Shown: positions 39,401 through 49,635 of the stretch, one piece after another
Position numbering within the stretch: the stretch's first letter is position 1
Layout: each line of letters begins with the position of its first letter
Assembly: GCA_044225365.1 (NCBI GenBank)
Contig: JBGAIQ010000002.1
Coordinates: 116,451-180,450 of the forward strand
Length of the DNA: 64,000 nucleotides
Origin: Planctomycetota bacterium
Lineage (GTDB): Bacteria > Planctomycetota > B15-G4 > JADJEK01
Reading direction: 5' to 3'
Program-made: the position numbers and the translations under genes
Notes under the pieces: model-generated
What the model saw: the letters and a program-made list of their open reading frames with translations, nothing else
What the model was told of the DNA's origin: nothing
The model's database searches: none

Positions 39401-40333
39401 ATGATCCTGACCGTCACGCTCAACCCGTGTCTGCATAAGTTCGTCAAGTTCCGTGGCGCGCTCGAGGGAAGGCTCGTGTTGCGGCCCGTCGAAACGGCCT
39501 TTCAGGGCGGGGGCAAGGGCATCAACGCGGCGCGCATCGTGTCGCGATTCCAAGGCGATGTAACGGCGCTCACGTTTGCGGGCGGCGCCATCGGCGATCT
39601 CTTCGAACAGGTCGTCCGGGCCGAGGGAATCCGACTCGAGGTCGTCCGCGTGCGCCGTCCGATGCGAATGAGCACGATGGTCTTCGGCATCGATTGCGAG
39701 CAGTTCCGCGAGTTCCTCGAGGCCGGTTCGCCCGTCGACGACGAGGAATGCGATCGCATGCGCGAACGCTTCGACGCCCTGGTCGAGAGTGCGTCGATCG
39801 TCACATTGAATGGTTCCGTACCCGATCCGCGCCTCGATTCGTTCTTCGCGGACGCGACACGCAGGGCGACGGCGCTCGGCAAGCGCGTCCTCGTCGATAC
39901 CTATGGTCTCGCCGCCCCGAGAGCGGCGGGCGCGAAGCCCTTCTTCCTCAAGGCCAACCTCGACGAGATCCACGACTCGTTCGCGATCGCGGTGAACAGC
40001 GATGCCGCGGTCGACGAATTCGCGAAGCGGCAGCTCGCGGCGGGCGTCGAGAACCTCCTCATTACGAACGGCGAGGAGCCGGCCCGCCTCTACACGAAGT
40101 CCGGCGCGTATCGCGTGATCCCGCCGCGCGTGAAGGAGATCAATCCGGTCGGCAGCGGCGACGCGATGCTCGGTATCCTCGCGCTCGAGCTGGACCGCGG
40201 GATGAGCGTTCTCGCGGCCGTGAAGCGCGCGACGGCCGCGGGCTCGGCGAATGCCGAGAAACTCGAGATCTGCGCATTCAGTTCGGCTCGTCTCGACGAG
40301 CTCGAGCGATCGGTCGAGATCAAGCCCGCGTGA
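39401..40333 (+). CDS. PfkB-family carbohydrate kinase (1-phosphofructokinase / tagatose-6-P kinase-like)
   Basis: It has the GGKGINAA and NPVGSGDAM PfkB signatures. The 310-aa length and MILTVTLNP N-terminus are typical of FruK/LacC. Confidence 0.75.
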   Translation: MILTVTLNPCLHKFVKFRGALEGRLVLRPVETAFQGGGKGINAARIVSRFQGDVTALTFAGGAIGDLFEQVVRAEGIRLEVVRVRRPMRMSTMVFGIDCEQFREFLEAGSPVDDEECDRMRERFDALVESASIVTLNGSVPDPRLDSFFADATRRATALGKRVLVDTYGLAAPRAAGAKPFFLKANLDEIHDSFAIAVNSDAAVDEFAKRQLAAGVENLLITNGEEPARLYTKSGAYRVIPPRVKEINPVGSGDAMLGILALELDRGMSVLAAVKRATAAGSANAEKLEICAFSSARLDELERSVEIKPA

Positions 40334-40686
40334 GCCAATCGACGAACGGGCCGCACGGCGAACCACGTCCGATCGTGAAGCGCGCGGGCGAAGTCGAGGC
40401 GCGACCAGCTCGTCGTCCCCTCATGCGATTCCGGAAGCTCCTGTCGGAAGAAGAGAGCGGGCAGCAGAACTGGATCCTGTCGGAGGCCGAGGAAGGTGCG
40501 TTCGTCGAGGATCATCCCGTCGCGCGCAGCGAAGCCTTCTACGTCCTCGAGGGCGAGATCGACGTCTTCGGTCCCGGTTGGCGCGAGCTCGTTCGCAAGG
40601 GTGACTTCATCTACTTCGCGGCCGGTGCATCCCATGGGATGCGGGTGATTCGCGGTCCGGCGCGATATCTCGTCGTCTTCGCCTGA
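40330..40686 (+). CDS. Cupin-domain protein
   Basis: A GTG start overlaps the pfkB stop. The N-terminus ...PIVKRAGEVEA is a typical first cupin strand. The motif-2-like block is GDFIYFAAGASHGM. A shorter ATG start at 40423 is possible. Confidence 0.55.
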   Translation: MSQSTNGPHGEPRPIVKRAGEVEARPARRPLMRFRKLLSEEESGQQNWILSEAEEGAFVEDHPVARSEAFYVLEGEIDVFGPGWRELVRKGDFIYFAAGASHGMRVIRGPARYLVVFA

Positions 40687-42231
40687 TCAGGGAAACACCC
40701 CTTCGAAGGTCTCGCCCCGGCGATCCTTCGAAGGCAGCGTTCCCGTGATGCGTTGATAGACCTCGTAGGCGTCGTCGCGGTAACACAGGTTCCACCCCGG
40801 AAGGTCCTTCATCTTCGAAGACACCGGGCGTTCGACGGAGACGAGCACGCAGTCCGCGTGGTGAGCGTCGAGCGAACTCGCGAACCCACCCTCGGCGGCG
40901 AAGAACTTCTGATGCTCCTCGACGACATCGGGCGGGTAGGCGACTTCGTAGCGGGAGTCGAGACTCACTTTGACCTGTGGATGGAGTTTCCACGAGACGT
41001 ACGACCCGTCGCCGAACGCGGTCCACAGATTGCCCGAGAACCCGTTCTCCTTCAGGTACTCGACGGGTCCCACCGGGTAGATCTCGTCGGAACGGTCGAT
41101 CGAGAACGCGGGAACGCGCAATTCCCAGAAGCGGCGCACGACGGCCTGCGCCAGCATGGGCACGATCACGATCACCGAGAAGTAGGCGATGAGGAATCTG
41201 CGGCGCGCGACGATGCGCTCGATCGCATCGCAGAATGGAGTGGCGGAGAGCCAGGACGGAAGATGCGCGAACGTCGCGACGGCGAACAGCGGTACGAAAC
41301 GCTGATGCGCCACTGCCTCGGCGAGGAAGAACACGACGATCGGGAGGCCTGGGAGTCGCGAGAGCCCGCGTTGCGCGATGGCGTAGCCGATCGGCACGAG
41401 CGCGATCGCGAAGCTCACGAGAGGCGCCGAGATCTCGCTGTAGAGCGGATCCCACTCGGTGATGAGATCGCGAGGCATCGAGAGCGCGCGCCACAAGTAC
41501 GCGTAGTAGTGAGTTCCCCACGGACCGATCGCGATCAGGGCGAGGAACATTGCGGCGACCAGCAGGAGGTGTCGGAACGGCCTTCGGCGCGCGGCGCACT
41601 CGAGCGCATGCAGTGCGAGGAGCGGAAAGACGATGACGAAACCGCCGTGGCAGTTCTGCCACAAGAGTTGGAAGAGCGCGGCCGGCAGGATCCAGCGGCG
41701 ACCTCCTTCTCGATCGTCGCGCAGGAAGGAGAGGAAGAGTGCGAGACCGACGAGGGTGAAGAGATGCGCGCGCACGGTCGCGTAGGCGAACCAAGTGAGT
41801 ACGACGAAGAGCGGCGAGAGGGCCGCGATCACGTAGGGATGACCGCCGTTGTGTCGCGCGACTCGCACACCGAGGATGGCGAGCAACGCGACGAGCAGGA
41901 ACTTCACGAGCACGACCCCGCTGCTGCCGAGGACACCGACCGCGCCGTACACGATCGCGCCGAATCCCCATTCATGATGGACGACGGGGTCGTAGGTCGG
42001 TGTGAACGCGAAGGGATCCTTCGTCGGGAACGAGTGAGTCGCGAGGACTTCGCGCCACAGGGAGAGTTCGTGGAACAGGTCGACGTCGATCGCGCCGCTG
42101 CTCGATCCCGCGAAGAGCATCGCGAGGCACGCGACCGCGACGAATCCCAGCGTGCGGCGATCGAGTGTTCGATCCGGAGCGAACTGGGGATCGACGGGAG
42201 CGGTCATTTCCGATGGCCATGGATCCGGCAT
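40687..42231 (-). CDS. Polytopic membrane protein with a C-terminal soluble domain. It is hypothetical and possibly a GT-C-type glycosyltransferase.
   Basis: There are roughly 12 hydrophobic helices followed by about 130 hydrophilic residues. The start is uncertain: ATG at 42252 or 42231. Confidence 0.55.
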   Translation of the reverse strand: MPDPWPSEMTAPVDPQFAPDRTLDRRTLGFVAVACLAMLFAGSSSGAIDVDLFHELSLWREVLATHSFPTKDPFAFTPTYDPVVHHEWGFGAIVYGAVGVLGSSGVVLVKFLLVALLAILGVRVARHNGGHPYVIAALSPLFVVLTWFAYATVRAHLFTLVGLALFLSFLRDDREGGRRWILPAALFQLLWQNCHGGFVIVFPLLALHALECAARRRPFRHLLLVAAMFLALIAIGPWGTHYYAYLWRALSMPRDLITEWDPLYSEISAPLVSFAIALVPIGYAIAQRGLSRLPGLPIVVFFLAEAVAHQRFVPLFAVATFAHLPSWLSATPFCDAIERIVARRRFLIAYFSVIVIVPMLAQAVVRRFWELRVPAFSIDRSDEIYPVGPVEYLKENGFSGNLWTAFGDGSYVSWKLHPQVKVSLDSRYEVAYPPDVVEEHQKFFAAEGGFASSLDAHHADCVLVSVERPVSSKMKDLPGWNLCYRDDAYEVYQRITGTLPSKDRRGETFEGVFP

Positions 42232-42352
42232 CGCAACGCATTCTGATCGCACGAGATCTCGAATGCGAGATCTCCGTGGAGTCGAACTCGATCGGGCTTC
42301 TTCCCGCGCCGAGGATTCGGCATGATTCGCGCATTCGATTCGGAGGCGTCCC

Positions 42353-43126
42353 GTGAAGCAACTCGCACTCGCCTGGCTCTGTTCATTCGCGATCGCCTGC
42401 GCGTCGAACCCTTCGGGAGAGCGGACTCCCGATCCTGGCGCGGAGGGAGAGCTGATGGGTCGTCTCGTGGACGTCCGATTCGAGGTCGAAGGAGCGCCTC
42501 GTCGCGCAGCGCTCTACGTTCCTGCCGGGTACGAAGCGAGCGATTCGCGTTGGCCACTCATCGTCTTCCTGCACGGTTTGGGCGAGCGAGGCGATGACGC
42601 TCGCGCGCAGACGACCGTCGGGATCTACTCGGCGATCAAGGCGCATCCCGAGCGGTTTCCGTGCCTCGTGCTCATGCCTCAATGCCCGCTCGATCGGGTG
42701 TGGGTGACTCTGTCCGCATCCTGGGCGAACGGAATTCCGGACGCAGAAGACCACATCGAGGCAGCGCTCGCGGCCACGCTCGCGCAGTACCGGGTCGATC
42801 CGTCGCGCATCGCACTCACGGGACTCTCGATGGGCGGATTCGGAACGCTCGTCTACGGGGCGAAGCACGTCGATCGTTATCGCGCGCTCGTTGCCGTATG
42901 CGGCGGCGGCCGCGCGGAGGACGCTGCGGCGCTCGCGACGCGCCCGCTTTGGCTGCTGCACGGCGACGCCGACCCGATCGTTCCGCCGCAGTCGTCGCAG
43001 GACATGCATGACTCCGTGAAGGCGGCGGGCGGCGACGTCACCCTCACCTTCTTTCCAGGGGTCGGCCACAACTCCTGGGATCGCGCGTACGAGAAGCCCG
43101 AGGTCATCGCCTTCCTGCTGCGCTGA
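42353..43126 (+). CDS. Alpha/beta-hydrolase-fold esterase (lipoprotein)
   Basis: The start is GTG. The lipobox is LAWLCSFAIACAS. There is a GLSMGG nucleophile elbow, plus Asp/His (LLHGDADP ... GVGHNSW) blocks typical of the phospholipase/carboxylesterase family. Confidence 0.75.
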   Translation: MKQLALAWLCSFAIACASNPSGERTPDPGAEGELMGRLVDVRFEVEGAPRRAALYVPAGYEASDSRWPLIVFLHGLGERGDDARAQTTVGIYSAIKAHPERFPCLVLMPQCPLDRVWVTLSASWANGIPDAEDHIEAALAATLAQYRVDPSRIALTGLSMGGFGTLVYGAKHVDRYRALVAVCGGGRAEDAAALATRPLWLLHGDADPIVPPQSSQDMHDSVKAAGGDVTLTFFPGVGHNSWDRAYEKPEVIAFLLR

Positions 43127-43144
43127 TACGGGACTCGCCTCCCT

Positions 43145-44011
43145 TCACGGGACTCGTACGGGTCGGACGCCGTTCATCGCGAGCCATGGGTCGAGACGGC
43201 GAGCGAGGAGGGCGAGGCGTGCGCTCGGCACCGCCGGGTAGAGGTGATGCTCGAGGTGATAGGTCAGCTCGAGGAAGAGGTGCGGGACGATCCGCCCGCG
43301 AAGTGTTCGAGTCTGGGTGAGGCTCGTCGATCCGTAACCGTGATGCGGCAGGTGGACCGTGAACGCGGGATAGATCCACGACCCGACGAGCACGAGCGTC
43401 GCATAGACGACCATCGCGGCGTCGTGGATCCAGAAGCCCACGACCGGAAACAGGATCGCGAACGCGGCTTCGGCGAGCAGGAACGCGCGCTCCCGTCGAT
43501 TCGACCTCGATCGCTGCCAAGCCCAGCACCACAAGCGCGGCAGGAAGAAGGGGCCGTGCAGCAGCGCGCGGAGGAACGACCATCGCGCGGGGTCGCCCTC
43601 GGGATCGTCCGGTCCGGGGAAGGTGCGATGATGACGCAGGTGCGAGATGCGATAGGCGTGCCCACTCTCGAGCAGCAATGCGCCGACCACGAAGAGCAGG
43701 ATGTCGGTGGTCGTGCGGCCGATTCCGAACGACGCATGGACGAGGTCGTGGGTCACCGTGACGACCGACACGAACAGGAAGAACACGCAGCACATCGCGA
43801 GGAAGACATGACCGCACGCAAGGGCCATGAGCGTCGCCGCGCAGCAGACCGCTGGGCAGAGCAGTGCGATGAGCCGCTCTCGTCGGTGAAGAGTGAGGAG
43901 ATCGGTCCCGAGCGAGTCAAGGCCAGGGGGGCGCGGGGGCGAGGGCGGTGCCCCGTGTCGCGGGGACGAAGCGGAGCGAGGTCTCGTACGGTCGACGATG
44001 ACGGACGCCAT
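43145..44011 (-). CDS. Membrane fatty-acid-desaturase-family protein (FA_desaturase / CrtW-like di-iron enzyme)
   Basis: It has three His boxes: HDLVH, HLRHH and LEHHLYP. There are hydrophobic helices. The 5' end overlaps the upstream gene by about 95 bp, so the true start is probably internal, for example the ATG at 43828. Confidence 0.65.
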   Translation of the reverse strand: MASVIVDRTRPRSASSPRHGAPPSPPRPPGLDSLGTDLLTLHRRERLIALLCPAVCCAATLMALACGHVFLAMCCVFFLFVSVVTVTHDLVHASFGIGRTTTDILLFVVGALLLESGHAYRISHLRHHRTFPGPDDPEGDPARWSFLRALLHGPFFLPRLWCWAWQRSRSNRRERAFLLAEAAFAILFPVVGFWIHDAAMVVYATLVLVGSWIYPAFTVHLPHHGYGSTSLTQTRTLRGRIVPHLFLELTYHLEHHLYPAVPSARLALLARRLDPWLAMNGVRPVRVP

Positions 44012-45521
44012 GGCGCGCTACCTCCTCGATCATGTCGGCAGCCACGAAACGACTCGCTGCGATGCATGCGACCGTGCCGAGTCCCGGCCAGGTGCCGTCG
44101 CCCACGAGGCGGACGCCGCGGATTCCGAGGTCGTGGGGGACCGCGCGTTGATTCGCGTTCGCGAGCGAGGCGCGAGTTCCCCCGACGGCCCCGTCGATCC
44201 GGCCCGTGAAGCGCTCGTATGTCTTCGGTGTCGCGACCTCATGGACGAGCGGCGCGTCGCCGAGTCGCGGCCAGACCCGGCGCGCAATCGAAAGTAGTGC
44301 ATCTCCCGCCGCTCTCTTCTTCGCCGCGTAGTCCGCGTCCGCGACGTCCTTCCACGGGGCGAGTTCGCAATGGGTCGAGAGAACGACGGCTCGGTGGCCG
44401 GCGGGGGCACTCTCGATGTCCCCGCGTCGCGACGCCGAGACGAACATGTTGTTGCCGTCGCCGAAGGGCGCGTCGTAGTCGACGAGGATCTGATGATGAT
44501 CGATCTCGCCGTAATCGCCTCCGGAGAGCTCTCGATCGTCGACCCCCAGGTACACGGCGATGGCACCCCCGCGCGCAGCGGTGTCACGGCGGAGGTATGG
44601 GATCAGCGCCGATCCGAGTTCGTAGGGACCGATGCGAGCCGCGAGTTCGAGCGGAATCGCGACCACCACGCGACGGGCGCAGAGCGTCGCCTTCGACGTC
44701 GTCACGAGGAAAGCGTCCCTCCCCGCCGCGCGATCGAATCGCAGCACGTCGGTCGCGAGTCGCAGGTCGCCGCCTTGACGCCGGAAGTGAGACGCGACAC
44801 GACGCCAGAATCCGCCCATTCCGCCGAGCGATCGCGAGAGACCGGCGTGGCGCAATGTGACGCCGAGTGCCGCGTTCACGAGGGGTGCGGTCTCGATGCG
44901 CGCGTGGACCGTGTCCTCCACGAGCATTCCGAGGAGTCCTCGCAAGGGGGTATCGTCCTCGAGCGAGTGGTCGGCGAGCAGGTCCATGAGCGTGCGCCAC
45001 AAGTGCCGGATCATCGGGAGTCGGACGAGCCCGAGCGCCCGAATCGCCTTCAAGCCGTCGAAGAGCGATCCGATCGGCAACCGCGCTCCGCGGCGAGTCG
45101 CGCGCCAGAACGCGGCCGAGATCGAATCGAGGGCCGCGAAGAACCTGCGATGCGAGCCGGTGTCGCCGATGGCCGCGCGTTCACGACGCCATTTCGCATC
45201 GTCTCGCCATAGGCGGATCCTCCGGTCGGGCAGCCACGCGTCGTAGGCGGGGACCGTTTCGAGTGGGAGATCGTGGAGGCCGATCGCCGCGAGCCACTCT
45301 GCGCCAACTCCGCCTGGTTCGAAGTCGACGAGGGTCGTCGCGCCGCAATCGAAGGAGAAGCCGTTTCGGCGGAACGAACCCGCGCATCCACCGAGCCGTG
45401 AGTGCTTCTCGAGGACGACGACGGAGAGTCCCGCCGCGGCGAGTCGCGTCGCCGTCGCCATTCCCGCGATGCCGGCGCCGATCACGGCGACATCGAAGTG
45501 CGACTTGCGGCCATCGCTCAA
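43917..45521 (-). CDS. Phytoene-desaturase-family FAD/NAD(P)-binding oxidoreductase (CrtI/CrtD-like)
   Basis: The N-terminal motif FDVAVIGAGIAGMATATRLAAAGLSVVVLEKHSRLGG is a Rossmann fold of the amine-oxidase/CrtI family. The proposed start is the TTG at 45521, preceded by GGGAGG (SD). The longer ATG at 45578 would overlap the regulator gene. Confidence 0.7.
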   Translation of the reverse strand: MSDGRKSHFDVAVIGAGIAGMATATRLAAAGLSVVVLEKHSRLGGCAGSFRRNGFSFDCGATTLVDFEPGGVGAEWLAAIGLHDLPLETVPAYDAWLPDRRIRLWRDDAKWRRERAAIGDTGSHRRFFAALDSISAAFWRATRRGARLPIGSLFDGLKAIRALGLVRLPMIRHLWRTLMDLLADHSLEDDTPLRGLLGMLVEDTVHARIETAPLVNAALGVTLRHAGLSRSLGGMGGFWRRVASHFRRQGGDLRLATDVLRFDRAAGRDAFLVTTSKATLCARRVVVAIPLELAARIGPYELGSALIPYLRRDTAARGGAIAVYLGVDDRELSGGDYGEIDHHQILVDYDAPFGDGNNMFVSASRRGDIESAPAGHRAVVLSTHCELAPWKDVADADYAAKKRAAGDALLSIARRVWPRLGDAPLVHEVATPKTYERFTGRIDGAVGGTRASLANANQRAVPHDLGIRGVRLVGDGTWPGLGTVACIAASRFVAADMIEEVARHGVRHRRPYETSLRFVPATRGTALAPAPPWP

Positions 45522-45543
45522 GTAGCACCTCCCATTCCCTGGT

Positions 45544-46083
45544 TCACGACTTGCTCTTCCGACTGCGTCGCTTCGCATTCGCGACGAGCGCCTTGAGACC
45601 GAGCTTCTGCACGAGTCCTCCCTTCAGGAAGGACTCCGCCATCGACTCGGCGAGAGAGACGACCCCCTCGATCGCCGCCAGCCGGTCGTGGAATTCACGA
45701 GCCTCTTCCGATCGCTCGCCTTCGAGCCGCGGGATCCACTCGCGCAGGCGCTCGAGCATCGGATCCCACTCGCGGCGCTTGCGAGCGCGGACGATGTTGC
45801 GCATGACCTTCTCGAGGTCGGTCTCGGGTCGATACGCGATGGCACGCGAGCTCTCGGCGCGAGCGGCGTCGATGAGGCCCCAGTCCGCGAGTTCTCGACA
45901 CGCCATCGACACGCCACCGCGCGACAATCCCACGCCCTCCATGATCTCGTCGGCGGTCACGGCTTCCTTGCGCGAGATCAAGTACCCGTACACGCGGGCC
46001 GTCGTGGGCGAGACGCCCCAGAACGGCCCAAGCTGTCCCCAGAGTTCGATGAAGGCGAGGCGAGTTTCTTCGAGGTTCGTCAT
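45544..46083 (-). CDS. Winged-helix transcriptional regulator (MarR/GbsR-like)
   Basis: The 179-aa product has a central helix-turn-helix-like segment (ADEIMEGVGLSRGGVSMACRELADWGLI) and a basic C-terminal tail. Confidence 0.6.
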   Translation of the reverse strand: MTNLEETRLAFIELWGQLGPFWGVSPTTARVYGYLISRKEAVTADEIMEGVGLSRGGVSMACRELADWGLIDAARAESSRAIAYRPETDLEKVMRNIVRARKRREWDPMLERLREWIPRLEGERSEEAREFHDRLAAIEGVVSLAESMAESFLKGGLVQKLGLKALVANAKRRSRKSKS

Positions 46084-46194
46084 GTCGGAACTCTACATCG
46101 ACCGTTCTGAATTTTCAATAAAACATGAAAGTAGAAAAACGATCGAGCCGAAGTCGGCCTCGTCCTCATGCGCAGTCGCGCCGCCCGCTTCTGC

Positions 46195-46440
46195 GATCAC
46201 GCGTGCTCTTGTCGGGACCGATCCGGAGTTCTCCACGGAGGTTCACGGAGGTAAGAGGAGGCCCACGGAGGCCAGGAGGTATGAAAGGGGGCGGTCTCGG
46301 CGGTCCTGACGAATGCGGGCGCCAACGAGATCGCGTCGGGTTCGGCGGACGGCCCCTTTTGAACTTCTGCTCTTCTCCGACCTCCGTGGTCCTCCTCTGA
46401 CCTCCGTGGTCCTCCGTGTGAAATGAACGACTCCGTCCAC
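46195..46440. repeat. Solo copy, in inverted orientation, of the 250-275-bp palindrome-rich repeat family that forms the array at 59885-60745
   Basis: CGGGACCGATCCGGAGTTCTCCACGGAGGTTCACGGAGGTAAGAGGAGGCCCACGGAGG is the reverse complement of CCTCCGTGGTCCTCCTCTTACCTCCGTGAACCTCCGTGGCAAACTCCGGATCGGTCCC from the array. It also contains GACCTCCGTGGTCCTCCTCTGACCTCCGTGG. Confidence 0.7.
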
Positions 46441-46510
46441 ACGGACAGCCGCCCATTGCCCCTTGCATCAGCGCCTGCGGTCGTTTGGATTACGCGCGGA
46501 GGCAGCTTTC

Positions 46511-47917
<1,407 letters not shown>

Positions 47918-47946
47918 GTCCAACAGGTTGGACGCGAGGCTTGCCG

Positions 47947-48180
47947 ATGTGGAGAACCGTCTCGATCACCGGAATGCTCCTGCTGGTCGTTGCCTACCTG
48001 GCGAACCAGCGGGGTATCTGGACGGCGGACAGCCGCAAGTATTTGTGGGCCAACGCCGCGGGTGCCGCCCTGCTCACCGCCTATTCGGCGACGATCGGGG
48101 AGTGGGTCTTCGTGGTGCTCGAGGGGTTTTGGTGCTTCGCCGCCTTTTCGGGGCTGGCGCGGCGATCGAAAGTTGGGTGA
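47947..48180 (+). CDS. Small membrane protein (77 aa, two predicted TM helices)
   Basis: The ATG at 47947 begins MWRTVSITGMLLLVVAYLANQ. The third codon position is GC-rich. It is not separately listed in the ORF track because it is fused to a wrong-frame ORF through fumC. Confidence 0.4.
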   Translation: MWRTVSITGMLLLVVAYLANQRGIWTADSRKYLWANAAGAALLTAYSATIGEWVFVVLEGFWCFAAFSGLARRSKVG

Positions 48181-48249
48181 AATACCCGGTAACGGGCAGT
48201 GTGCCTCGTGCGTAGCATTGCTCTTTTCGTGGACGTCCGAAGGAGAAAT

Positions 48250-49170
48250 ATGAGACCGCTCTCGTACCTGGCGGGACTCTCGGCACTGGTGATCACGGGC
48301 CTCGCGCTCGCGGCGCCGCCGAAGCCGAAGATCAAGCCTACGGTGGAGTTCGCCCACACGTGGGAAGCCGCCGTCGCCGAAGCGAAGATGCTGAACCTTC
48401 CGCTCGTGGTGCACAATCACGGGTTCTACTGAGGCCCGTGCTGGGGCATGCATTCTGCCGTGATGCAGAATGACGATTACATCAAGTTCGCGAACGACAA
48501 CACGGTCGAGGTCCTGGCCCTTGGCAGCCTCGACACCGCCGTACAGAAGAACGAAAAGGCCGATCAGGCCAAGATCGCGCGCTACAAGGCGACCGTCAAC
48601 GGCAAGGAAGTCGAGCTGATGGTCGAGTGGCCGAATCTCACGTACGAGGAGATCATCGCCCTCAACCAGAGTCCGGCAGGCCAGTACAACAAGTCCGGAG
48701 GCATCCCCTACACGTCGATCGTGAATCCGTGGGATCTGAAGGAGATGTGGAAGCAGCTCGGCGGAACCGGCGCCTCCACGATCATCGCCGCGGCGACCGA
48801 CGCCAAGAAGCAGCTCGAGAAGGAGCACGGCAAGGGTCTCTCCCGCAAGGATCTTCGCGCGTACAACAAGGCGGACGCCGAAGCGACCAAGCTCACGAAC
48901 GACGGTGAGTTCAGCAAGGCGATCCAGGCCTACGATCCATTCAGCAAGTCCTCGGCGCAATGGCCTCAGAACATGAAGACCCGCCTCGATGCTGCGCGCA
49001 ACGCGGTCATCGAAGCGGCGACTTCCAAGCTCGAAGAGATCGAGTCGAAGGCCGGCACCGATCCGGTCGGCGCCAAGAAGGATCTCGACAAGCTGATGTT
49101 GAAGCTCGGCAAGACCGGGCTCGAGCCCAAGGCGAAGGAACTCGCCCAGAAGCTCGCGACGGGCGGCTGA
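48250..49170 (+). CDS. Candidate selenoprotein: a secreted thioredoxin-fold (Thioredoxin_7-like) protein with a U-G-P-C redox motif and an in-frame TGA at 48430..48432
   Basis: The track ORFs 48199..48432 and 48448..49170 are in the same frame, separated only by a TGA. AGGAGA (SD) precedes the ATG at 48250, which is followed by signal peptide MRPLSYLAGLSALVITGLALAA. The read-through translation is ...LPLVVHNHGFY-U-GPCWGMHSAVMQNDDYIKFANDNTVEVLAL.... This aligns with LPVMADFTGSDWCHWC...KKEVFDTDEFKKWAADHVILLEL of the CxxC paralogue at 14938..15912, with Sec in place of the first Cys. Confidence 0.55.
48451..48472 (+). promoter_or_regulatory. bSECIS-like hairpin downstream of the in-frame UGA
   Basis: CATTCTGC-CGTGAT-GCAGAATG is a perfect 8-bp stem with a 6-nt loop containing GU. 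The stem begins 19 nt and the loop 27 nt after the UGA. This falls within the 16-37-nt window described for bacterial SECIS elements. Confidence 0.45.
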
Positions 49171-49209
49171 CGACTCGAGTTCGACTCGATCGAGGCGCCT
49201 CCTCGCCAG

Positions 49210-49255
49210 CGACACGACCCGACGTGCGACAACGCACGTCGGGTCGTGTCGTTCC
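49210..49255 (+). terminator. Strong GC-rich hairpin (19-bp perfect stem, ACAA loop) 40 nt after the stop at 49170. It is terminator-like.
   Basis: The left arm is CGACACGACCCGACGTGCG, the loop is ACAA, the right arm is CGCACGTCGGGTCGTGTCG, and it is followed by TTCC. There is no U-tract, which is common in high-GC genomes. Confidence 0.5.
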
Positions 49256-49635
49256 ATGCGCGGGACACGGAGAGCGAAATCGAACCACGAACCGGCGCGA
49301 AGCAAGAACTCTGCCCGGAAAAGTCCTTTGTTCATCGTCGATTTTTTGGCTACGTGCCCGGACATTCCACCGTAACCAGTGCGCCGATCATTGAAGTTGC
49401 GTTACGAGCGACGACAGTGAGAGGTAGAGATGCAGCGAGCCGGATGCGGTCGTGCGGCGGAAACCCGAACGCTGGCGATCACGGAAGACTCGCTGTTCCT
49501 GGAAGGACGGGCCAGCGGGCGCGAGCTCGGTGGCCCTTTTCCGTTGCAGGTGCGTCGTCGCGAGTGTCGCAGCGATTCGGCTCGGCGCGATTCGACGGCT
49601 TTCATCCCGATCCGCGTTCGAATACGCTGCAGGGA

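Noticed and set aside
39694-40329. 5' two-thirds of the 330-aa ORF 39694..40686
   Set aside because: It is wrong-frame to pfkB (39401-40333). Only its 3' end (40330-40686, cupin domain) is kept.
35710-40366. 684-aa and 816-aa minus-strand ORFs opposite the FG-GAP, NHL and pfkB genes
   Set aside because: They are antisense to genes with strong repeat or motif evidence and have low-complexity Arg-rich translations.
47928-48253. 87-95-aa ORFs 47928-48215 and 47990-48253
   Set aside because: They overlap, in other frames, the better-supported small membrane protein 47947-48180 and its downstream spacer, and they have poor codon bias.
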